Source: an uncultured Sandaracinus sp. (GTDB lineage Bacteria; Myxococcota_A; Polyangia; Polyangiales; Houyiibacteriaceae). Taken from it: DNA of 64,000 bases. A model generated the notes under the pieces. That model was given only the letters and a program-made list of their open reading frames with translations. It did no database searches and was not told where the DNA came from. Below, in pieces: positions 8,968 through 17,200 of the stretch (its first letter is position 1; every line of letters starts with the position of its first letter). Location: contig CALJLK010000407.1 in NCBI GenBank assembly GCA_937982655.1, positions 2,667 through 66,666 on the forward strand, read 5' to 3'. Made by a program: the position numbers and the translations under genes.

Positions 8968-10344
8968 TCATCCCACCCGCAGCGCCTCCGCCACCGGGCG
9001 TCCGCAGCTCGGGCACGTCGCGAGCTCCGCCGCGTACGGAACACCACACACACAACGCACGCGCCCGACGTCGTGGCGAACGGCGTGCAGCTCGGGATAC
9101 AGCGTCTCGAGCTCGAGGCTGCTCATGCGGTCGGCGTCCGCCGCGGGGCTCCAGATCACCTCGAAGGCGACGAGCTGCTCGGCGTCGAGCCGCACGAGCG
9201 CGGCGGCCGTCGGATCGAAGCCACTCGCGGGTGCGACGAGGCCACGCGCGGCGACCACGATCGAGACGACGACGAAGCCTTCGCCTTCTTCGGCGCGCGG
9301 GCGAAGGGCGGGCGCGGCGATCGTGGTGTCGCTCGACGCCGTCGCGTGGGATGCGTCGGTCCGCACCAGCTCGTAGCGGTAGCGCGCCCGCAGATCGGCC
9401 GTCTCGCGCGCGAAGACCCCGCGGGCTTCGACCTGCGGGAGGTGCGCGTGGGCGCGCGTACCTTCGTACGCGATCGACGTCGCATGTGCGTCGAGCAGCG
9501 CGAGGGTCGCGTGCAACGCGCGCAAGCGTCCTTCGGGGCCGGGAGCGAGCGTGGTCGCGAGGACGCCGAGCGCGTCTTGCACCGGCTTGCGGGCGCGCGC
9601 GTCGAGGCCGGCGTGGAGCGCGACGACGCCGAGCTGCGAGCTCTGCGCGCGGGGAGCCGACGGTCGCGAGGCGATCGGCGACGACGACGGAGGCGACGTC
9701 GTCGAGCGTGGAGCCGTGCGTGCCCGCGGCGTCGACGTGCGCGGCGGAGGGACGTAGACGCGAATGGGCTCTCGGTCGTCGAGGAGCAAGCCTCGTTTGG
9801 AGCGAAACGTCGAGTGGACGGCGAGCCCGACGAGGACGAGCGGTCCCCCGAGGACCACGGAGGCGGCGATCAGGAGAAGGCCGACGAAGAGGTAAAAGCC
9901 GACGTCGTCGAACATGCCTTCGGGGAAGACGGCCCCGCCGCGGTACGAGTAGCCCGACGACGACGAGCCCGACGACGACGAGCCCGACGACGACGAGCTC
10001 GACGACGACGAGCTTCCCGACCGGGACGACGCACCCCACGGGTCGTGTGTGTCGTGGCGTGACGAGCTCCACGCGTGGTCGTGATCGTCGCTCGAGCTCG
10101 GGCTCGGGCTTCGCACACGTTCGTAGAAGTCGTCGTCGCTCGAGCGGGTCGAGCACCACGACGAGCCGCTCGACGATCCCCACGACGAGCCGCTCGAGCC
10201 GCTCGACGAGGAGCCGCTCGAGTCGTCGCCCCAATCGCTCGAGCCGAAGCTTCCCCCCGTGACCTGGGCGCTCGCGAGCGATGGCGCGAGCAGGAGGAGC
10301 GCACCGAAGCGACCGACCACGCGAGAGCTGGAGGATCCGAGCAC
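8968..10344 (-). CDS. DUF1517-like membrane protein with Ser/Gly-rich ectodomain and C-terminal zinc ribbon
   Basis: Track ORF of 458 aa with a GTG start. Signal peptide GALLLLAPSLASAQV, then GGSFGSS and a long S/G low-complexity run. TM segment FYLFVGLLLIAASVVLGGPLVLVGLAV. The cytoplasmic domain ends FEVIWSPAADADRMSSLELETLYPEL, recalled as a DUF1517-type motif. Terminal CVCG...CPSCG. Confidence 0.65.
   Translation of the reverse strand: MLGSSSSRVVGRFGALLLLAPSLASAQVTGGSFGSSDWGDDSSGSSSSGSSGSSWGSSSGSSWCSTRSSDDDFYERVRSPSPSSSDDHDHAWSSSRHDTHDPWGASSRSGSSSSSSSSSSGSSSSGSSSSGYSYRGGAVFPEGMFDDVGFYLFVGLLLIAASVVLGGPLVLVGLAVHSTFRSKRGLLLDDREPIRVYVPPPRTSTPRARTAPRSTTSPPSSSPIASRPSAPRAQSSQLGVVALHAGLDARARKPVQDALGVLATTLAPGPEGRLRALHATLALLDAHATSIAYEGTRAHAHLPQVEARGVFARETADLRARYRYELVRTDASHATASSDTTIAAPALRPRAEEGEGFVVVSIVVAARGLVAPASGFDPTAAALVRLDAEQLVAFEVIWSPAADADRMSSLELETLYPELHAVRHDVGRVRCVCGVPYAAELATCPSCGRPVAEALRVG
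9951..10010. repeat. four tandem copies of a 15-bp unit (AGCCCGACGACGACG) inside the CDS
   Basis: Read directly. Copies lie at 9951-9965, 9966-9980, 9981-9995 and 9996-10010 (one mismatch). They encode the GSSSS repeats of the 8968..10344 protein. Confidence 0.9.
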
Positions 10345-10500
10345 GACGCGACGCTATCACCGCGGGCTTTCGAGGTCCGCAGGTCACGTGTTCGCGTGCT
10401 CTGGAAATCCACGCTGTCTCCGACGACGACTTCGCGTCGTCGTACATCTCGATGGCGCCGTGGGGTCAACCGCTGCGCACTCCTCTATCCTCGGAGCACC

Positions 10501-12207
10501 ATGTCCTCGCGTCTCCTCTTCGCGTTCGTCGCAGCGCTCGTCGCCGTGCTCGGCGCGTGCTCGTCCAGCTACTCGCCCGAGCCAACTCCTCCCGGCACGT
10601 CTTGCACCGAAGACTCCGACTGCGAACCGGGTGGGATCTGCGTGACGGATGGCGCGGTTCGCATTTGCACGCGGGAGTGCCGCACGCCCGGGCCGACCCC
10701 CGAATGTCCGGACGGCTGGCGCTGCGGCGAAGGCGACGCGTCGCACCCCAGCGTGTGCCGCTGCGACTCCGCGGGGCCCGAACGCTGCAACGATCGCGAC
10801 GACGATTGCGACGGCTCGATCGACGAGGACGTCTGCCCCGACACTCCGGGCGACCCCGACGGCTGCGGCACGACGCTCGAATGTTTCGACGTGCGCACCA
10901 CCGCGATCGACGCCGTCGATCTGCTCTTCGTGATCGACGACTCGAGCTCGATGGGCAACGAGCAGCTCGCATTGTCCTCCGAGCTTCCTCGGCTGTTTTC
11001 CGCACTGAGGAGCGGTGACCGTGACGGCGATGGTGTCGGAGACATGCCACCCGTGCGGAGCCTTCAGGTTGGGGTCGTGAGCACCGACATGGGCGTCGGA
11101 GGCTTCGCGGTGCCGACCTGCGGAGAACGCTTCGGTGACGACGGGGTATTGCTCACGCGCGGAAACGTCGAGCGCCCCGGCTGCGCAGCCAACTACCCGC
11201 ATTTCCTCAACTTTTCTCCCACCACGAGCGTCGACCAGTTCGCAGCGGAGGTCACCTGCGTGGCGGCCATGGGCACCGCGGGTTGTGGATTCGAGCAGCA
11301 GCTCGAAGCGACGCTCAAGGCGGTCACCCCGAGCACGGGGCTCGTCCGATTCGAGAACGGCACCGTCGGGCACGCGGACGGACAGAATGCAGGTTTCCTC
11401 CGACCGGACTCGGTCCTTCTGATCGTGCTCCTCACCGAAGAAGAAGACTGCTCTGCTGCGAATCCGAGCATCTTCGATCCCGCCGACACGTCCTTCGGCG
11501 GGAACTTGAGCACCCGCTGCTTCGAGTACGGTGCGCCCGAGCTCGGCTTCGTCCATCCGATCGAGCGTTACGTCGACGGTCTGCTCGCCACACGTCCGGA
11601 CGCGACGCGCCTCGTCGTCAGCGGCATCGTCGGCATCCCCGTGGCGACGAGCCCGAGCCCTGGCGCGCCCCCGGATTGGGAAGCGATCCTCGACCACCCC
11701 GACATGCAGGAGATCCCCGATCCCTCGATGCCCTCGCGGCTTCGCCCCTCCTGCGACCGAACGGATCCTTCGGGGGAGCGGTCGCTCGCCTTCCCGCCAC
11801 GCCGCATCGTCCGCACCCTACAGAGCCTCGAGCGAAACGGCGCGCACACCACGGTTCAATCGATCTGTCGGGACTCGCTCGCTCCCGCGATCGACGCCAC
11901 GGTGTCGACGCTCGGCGACGCGATGACCCCGTGCTTCCTGCGCTCGATTGACCCATCACGCTGCCGACTCCTCGAGACGCTGCCGTTCGGACGCGCCTGC
12001 GAAGAGCTCCCCGGTCGCACCGTCGTCGACCGCGTCCGCGACGCGAGCGGTCAGACGGTGGAGATCTGCGAGGTGGCCCCGGGCGCCAGCGACGGTTGGT
12101 CATACGCGGCGAACGATCCGTCGTGCCCCGCCACGCGACCGAATCGCGTACACGTCTCAGCCCCGCCGCTCGACGACTCGCGCCTTCGGCTGCTGTGCGC
12201 GCGTTGA
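10501..12207 (+). CDS. secreted lipoprotein with MopE-type Cys/Asp motif and VWA-like (MIDAS) domain
   Basis: Last 568 aa of track ORF 10075..12207+. ATG 10501 gives MSSRLLFAFVAALVAVLGACSS (lipobox). Contains CNDRDDDCDGSIDED, and DLLFVIDDSSSMGNEQ matches a DxSxS MIDAS motif. Confidence 0.8.
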   Translation: MSSRLLFAFVAALVAVLGACSSSYSPEPTPPGTSCTEDSDCEPGGICVTDGAVRICTRECRTPGPTPECPDGWRCGEGDASHPSVCRCDSAGPERCNDRDDDCDGSIDEDVCPDTPGDPDGCGTTLECFDVRTTAIDAVDLLFVIDDSSSMGNEQLALSSELPRLFSALRSGDRDGDGVGDMPPVRSLQVGVVSTDMGVGGFAVPTCGERFGDDGVLLTRGNVERPGCAANYPHFLNFSPTTSVDQFAAEVTCVAAMGTAGCGFEQQLEATLKAVTPSTGLVRFENGTVGHADGQNAGFLRPDSVLLIVLLTEEEDCSAANPSIFDPADTSFGGNLSTRCFEYGAPELGFVHPIERYVDGLLATRPDATRLVVSGIVGIPVATSPSPGAPPDWEAILDHPDMQEIPDPSMPSRLRPSCDRTDPSGERSLAFPPRRIVRTLQSLERNGAHTTVQSICRDSLAPAIDATVSTLGDAMTPCFLRSIDPSRCRLLETLPFGRACEELPGRTVVDRVRDASGQTVEICEVAPGASDGWSYAANDPSCPATRPNRVHVSAPPLDDSRLRLLCAR

Positions 12208-12209
12208 CC

Positions 12210-12527
12210 TCAGTCCGCGTCCTCGTCCTCGTCCTCATCGGGGATCTCCGCCACGAACGTCACCTGCGGCCAGCGCGGATCGCGCTCGACGCGCCACGTG
12301 AGGTGCACGACGCAGACGCGTCCGTCGTCGAGCACGAACGCGACGTCGTCGCACGTGACGTCCCGCGCGACCGCGAGGCAGCGAAGTCCCTTCAACACGT
12401 GACCCGGCGGCACCTCGCGCCGCAGCTCGTGCTCGAGCGCTTCCGCCTCGTGGTACTCCGTCCTCCGCCAACCTCTCGCCACGCCTCCACGATGGCACGA
12501 CCTGGGTGGTGCTACGCTTCTCACCAT
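12210..12527 (-). CDS. small conserved hypothetical protein with acidic tail
   Basis: C-terminal 105 aa of track ORF 12210..12662-. GC3 is high. The sequence reads EYHEAEALEHELRREVPPGHVLKGLRCLAVARDVTCDDVAFVLDDGRVCVVHLTW...DEDEDEDAD. The start is uncertain: ATG 12527 overlaps the divergent ATG 12526, and an internal GTG 45 nt downstream is possible. Confidence 0.5.
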   Translation of the reverse strand: MVRSVAPPRSCHRGGVARGWRRTEYHEAEALEHELRREVPPGHVLKGLRCLAVARDVTCDDVAFVLDDGRVCVVHLTWRVERDPRWPQVTFVAEIPDEDEDEDAD

Positions 12528-12744
12528 GACGGATGCGGCACGTAAGCTCCTCGACGCGGCGATGCGACTTGCGCCGAGCGAGCGCGCGAAGCTCGCCGCG
12601 CAACTGCTCGCGACGCTCGACGACGCCGAGCCGGACGTGGGCTGGGAGCAAGCGTGGGTCACCGAGCTGAGTCGACGCGTCGACGAGGGCTCGGAGACCG
12701 AGTCCTGGGAGGCCGTCTACACGCGGCTCCGCGCGCGGCGCTGA
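12526..12744 (+). CDS. addiction-module antitoxin component (partners ParE/RelE toxins)
   Basis: Track ORF of 72 aa: MTDAARKLLDAAMRLAPSERAKLAAQLLATLDD...WEQAWVTELSRRVDE. This is the typical pattern of the small 'putative addiction module component' antitoxins. It sits 6 nt upstream of the toxin gene. Confidence 0.75.
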   Translation: MTDAARKLLDAAMRLAPSERAKLAAQLLATLDDAEPDVGWEQAWVTELSRRVDEGSETESWEAVYTRLRARR

Positions 12745-12750
12745 TCCTCG

Positions 12751-13044
12751 ATGCGTGCGCTCCGCATCCTGCGCTCGGCATCCGAAGACATCGCGTCTGC
12801 CGTGCGCCACTACGACGCACGAGACCCGGAGTTGGGTGACGCATTTCTCGAGGGCTTGAATGACACCCTCGAACGCGTGCGCGCACTTCCGAAGTCGTTC
12901 GCGACTTGGCCGGCGGACCCGAGGTTCCGCGGTGCTCCGACGAAGCGATTTCCGTACGTCGTCTTCTTCCGAGAGCTGGACGAGACCTCCATCGAGGTCG
13001 TGGCCGTCGCACACACGCGACGACGCCCGGGCTACTGGCGCTGA
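12751..13044 (+). CDS. type II toxin-antitoxin system RelE/ParE family toxin
   Basis: Track ORF of 97 aa. RHYDARDPELGDAFLEGLNDTLERV...KRFPYVVFFRELDETSIEVVAVAHTRRRPGYW is the canonical ParE/RelE layout. Confidence 0.8.
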   Translation: MRALRILRSASEDIASAVRHYDARDPELGDAFLEGLNDTLERVRALPKSFATWPADPRFRGAPTKRFPYVVFFRELDETSIEVVAVAHTRRRPGYWR

Positions 13045-13077
13045 TTGTGGCCGGTCGGCGGGGTCAGCCGCCGACGA

Positions 13078-14286
13078 TCACTCCCCGAACAGGAACGCCT
13101 CGATCCGATCCCGCTGCGCCTCCGCGTCGCGCCGGCCGAGCTGGATCAGATCGCGCGCGTACGCCGCGTCGAAGAGCAGGTACGACGCCAGGTCCGCGTC
13201 GCCGCCTTCGCCCACGTCGAGCAGGCGCAAGAAGCCTCGCCCGAGCGGGAGCGAGAGCTTCATCTCCGCGCGCCGAAGGTGCTCCGACGCGAGACGCCCG
13301 AGGTCCTCGCTCGGATGAATCGCGAGCGCGTCCACCACCCGCTTGTCGGGCTCACCGCGCGCGCGGCTCTTCTCGTTGAGGCGCTCGAGGAAGTCGTCGC
13401 CGAAACACGCGATTCCGTCGCGCAAGAAATCGTTCACGCGCTCGAGCTCTTCGAGATCCGCGTTCAAGTGATCGAGCAAGAACGCGTTGAGCATCTTGCC
13501 GAGCAAGAACGGCGCGCCCGGATACCGATCGTCCGCGAGCGCCGCGCGCACCGGCGTCGGGTCGCTCACGCCGACCACGAAGAGGCGGCTCGCGCCGAGG
13601 TGGATCGCGGGCGCCATCGGCGTGTTGAGGCGAAGCCCACCGTCGCAGTGGAGCTGTCGACCGATGCGGATGGGCGGGAAGACCATCGGAATCGCCGCCG
13701 ACGCGAGCACGTGCGCGGGCCCGATGTGGGCGGCACGAACCGCGACCTGTTGCGGCAGGTGCTCGGGCAGCGGCACGCCCGGCGCGGCGTCGACGAAGAC
13801 CACCGGGCGTCCGGTGGGCACGTTGGTGGTCGACACCGTGAGCGCCCGAAGCGCGCCGCTCTCGAGGTTCCGACGAAGCTGTCGCCAGCGCACGCCTTCG
13901 CTCACGAGCTTCACGAGCGGCGACGCGTCGAAGATGCCGCGCGCGCGAGTGCCGCCGAGGAGCACGCGATGGAGCCCCGTGGCTTGTTTGAAGCCGAAGC
14001 TCATCACGTCCGCGAGCTGCAAGCGCGTCCAGAGATCGACCAAGTGATCGAGCCCGCGTGGGAAGTCCTCCGCGGTCGACGCGAGGAAGGTCGCGTTCAC
14101 CGCGCCCACGCTGGTGCCCGCGATCACGCTGAGCTTCGGCGCGCGGCCCCGACGCTGCACGAGATCGTGGAAGACGTAGTGGAGCGCGCCGACCTCGTAC
14201 GCGCCGCGCGCGCCACCGCCCGACAGAATGATGCCGACGTCGTCCGGACGAGCCTGCCCCGGCCGACCGGGAACCTGCTCGCTCAC
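13078..14286 (-). CDS. patatin-like phospholipase
   Basis: Track ORF of 402 aa. Contains ILSGGGARGAYEVG (oxyanion GGGxRG), IAGTSVGAVN (GxSxG) and HCDGGL (catalytic DGG). The GTG start overlaps the stop of the upstream kinase (GTGA at 14283-14286). Confidence 0.9.
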   Translation of the reverse strand: MSEQVPGRPGQARPDDVGIILSGGGARGAYEVGALHYVFHDLVQRRGRAPKLSVIAGTSVGAVNATFLASTAEDFPRGLDHLVDLWTRLQLADVMSFGFKQATGLHRVLLGGTRARGIFDASPLVKLVSEGVRWRQLRRNLESGALRALTVSTTNVPTGRPVVFVDAAPGVPLPEHLPQQVAVRAAHIGPAHVLASAAIPMVFPPIRIGRQLHCDGGLRLNTPMAPAIHLGASRLFVVGVSDPTPVRAALADDRYPGAPFLLGKMLNAFLLDHLNADLEELERVNDFLRDGIACFGDDFLERLNEKSRARGEPDKRVVDALAIHPSEDLGRLASEHLRRAEMKLSLPLGRGFLRLLDVGEGGDADLASYLLFDAAYARDLIQLGRRDAEAQRDRIEAFLFGE

Positions 14287-17200
14287 GCGCGGGCCCCCTC
14301 GCGGATCGCGCGCACGTCGCGGCTGTCGAGGAAACGGGCGCGCGTCGTGTCGCTGCGGATCGAGCGCGCCTTCGCGTCGAGCAGCTCATACGCCTCGTCG
14401 AAGAGCTCCTGCGCGTCGGCCTCTTCGCCGAGGCTCGCGAAGAGCTCTGCGAGCAAGCGGTACACCTTCTCCGGCCGCTCCACGTCGATGCCCGCAAGCC
14501 GCTCGCGCGCTTCGCGGGCCCGCGTGAGCGCGTCCTGCCGATCTTCGGCGAGCGCATGTGCCGCCGCGAGCTCCGCCAGCGCGTGCACCTCGTAGCTCAC
14601 GAGCCGCTCCGCCCGCGCCGCTTCCAGCGCTTCGCGCGCGGCCGACTTCGCGCGCTCGGCGTCGCCGGCGAGCCGCTCCAGCCGCGCGCGCACGATCCGC
14701 TCGCGCGCGATCTCGTAGTTCGAGCTCAGCCGCTCCGCGATGCGCCGCGCCTGATCGAGGGGCAGCGCGGCCGACGCGGGCGGCGAGCCTTCGTCGAGCA
14801 TCATCTCGGCCTCCGCCGCGTAGGCGTCGCAGCGACCGGCTTTGTCGTCGACCGCCTCGAAGACGTCGAGCGCGCGCTTCACGAACGAGAGCCCACGCCG
14901 CGTGTCGCCGAGCGCGTCGTAGAGCTGCCCGACGTTGCTGAGCTTGCGCCCGAGGCGCAGCCGATCGCCGGTCTCGCGATCGATGTGGATCGACGCCCGG
15001 AACGCGGTGATCGCGTCCTCGTAGGCGCCGTTCGCCGCGAGCGCGACCCCGAGCGAGTTGAGCGCGAAGGCTTCGTTTCGCCGGATGCCGAGGCGGCGGA
15101 AGATCACGATCGCCTCCGCGTACGCCTCGAAGGCTTCGTCGCTGCGCCCGAGCCGCCGCAACAAGATCCCCTTCTGCACCAAGATCGCCGCGCGCGACGA
15201 GAGCAGCTCCCGCGTCGTGCCCGCGCGCTCGAGCGCGACCCGACACGCTTCGAGACCGCGATCGGGCTCGCCGCGATCGCGCGCCAGCTCCGCCTCCAGA
15301 CGAAGCCCGTCGATCTCGAGCTTCGGATCGCCCGCCGCGCGCGCCGACGCGAGCGCCTGCGGCACCAGCTCGTCCACCTCGCCGGTGCGCGCGTTGTCGA
15401 GATCGAAGCGCGCCATGCGGAGCAGCGCGACCGCCCGACGCCGCGGCCCACCGCCACGCTCCGCCAGCGCACGCATCGCCTCCAGCTCGCGGAGCTGCTC
15501 GTGCGGACGCCCGAGGAAACGCAAGATCTGCTCGCGCCCTTCGTGCGCGGAGAAACGCGCGTCGTGCTCCTCGGGCGAGAGCAGCTCGAGCGCCTTTCCG
15601 TAGAAACGCAGCGCGTCGCGGTTCGAGTAGACGGCGAGCGCTGCGGTCGCTGCTTCGAGGTACGCCTTCGCGGCCGCGCTCCGCTCGCCTGCTTGTTCCA
15701 GGTGTCGCGCGACGCGACCGACACCCACCGGAGCCGCGTGCGCCGCGAGGTGCTGCGCGATGCGGCGGTGGATGCGCGATCGATCGTCGAGATCCGTCGC
15801 CTCGTACGCGACCTGCCGCACCACCGCGTTGGGAAACGCAAAGCCCCCGCCTTCGCCGACGTGCACGAGCCCACGCTTCTCCAGCGTCCCGAGCGCCTCG
15901 GTCGTGTCGACGCCCATGAGCGTCGTGAGGTCGTCGACCTTCAGCCCGCTGCCCGCGACCGCGAGCCAGCGCAGCGTCTGTCGCTCGCGATCGCCGAGCT
16001 CGTCGAGGCGCGCCGCCACCACGCCTTCGAGCGTCGTCGGCAGCGCGATCGGCACGCCCGGCTTGCGCACGATGCGGCGGTCCGGGCCTTTGCCTTCGAC
16101 GCGCACGACCTGTCGCTCGAGCAGCGCGTCCACGAGCTCGACCACGAAGAACGGGTTGCCGCCCGCGCGGTTCTCCACGAGGTGCAGCACGTCCTCGGGC
16201 ACCTGCGCGCCGAAACGCGCGCGCACCAGCGTCCGCGTCGCCTCGGGCGCGAGCTCCTTGAGCTCGATCCACGGCACGCTCCGAAACACCGGCATCAGCC
16301 GCTCGTCGATGCCGCCGCTCGGCAACGAACGCGACGCCATCACCACCAGACAGCGCGCGTCGTACGTGCGCTGCCGCATCTGCCCGAGCAGCTCGAGGCT
16401 CGGACCGTCCGCCCACTGCAGCGCGTCGAGCCACACCACCACCGGCGCGTCGTGCGCGAGCACGCTCACCAGCAGCTCGAGCGCGCGCCGGATCATCCCG
16501 CTGCGATCGCCCTCTCCTTCGCGCACCGGCTCCGCGAGCCCGAAGAGCGGACGCACCGCGTGCACCAGCCTCGCCACGTCGTCGCGTCGCGCCGAGCGCG
16601 CGCGCACCGCGCGACCGAGCAGCTCTTCGAGCCGCGCGAGCTGCGCTTCCGGTCCGTCGTCGTCGCCGAGCGCGCTCTGGATCAGCGCGGTCACCGCGCC
16701 GAAGGGCACGTCCGCGCCGCCGTATCCACACTCCGCGCGCAGCACCGTGGGCGCCGGATCGAAGCTCGCGATCGCGCGCCGCACGAGCGAGGTCTTGCCG
16801 ACCCCGAGCGGGCCCACCACCGCCGCGAATTGCGTGCGCCGCGCGTCGCCGATCTCCGCGTAGAGGCGCCCGAGCATCTCCAGCTCGTCGTCGCGCCCCA
16901 CGAGGTCCATCGCCTCGACCGCGCGCGCCGCCTCGCGCTCGCGCTGCGTGCGAGCCCCGCGCAGGAGCCACGCCTTGATCGCGCGCGGCGCGCTCCCGTG
17001 CTCGGTGCGCACGTCGACCTCGCGCACCTCTTCTTCTTCGAACGCGAAGTCGCGCCGAATCAATCGATGAATCTCGCCCGAGACGAGCACCTCCGAGCGC
17101 GGCGCCGCGTCCGCGAGCCGCTCCGCGACCTCGAGCACGTTGCCCACCGGCGCGTAGCGCAGCAGGCGCCCGTTCGGATCGCGCACCACCGACACGATGC

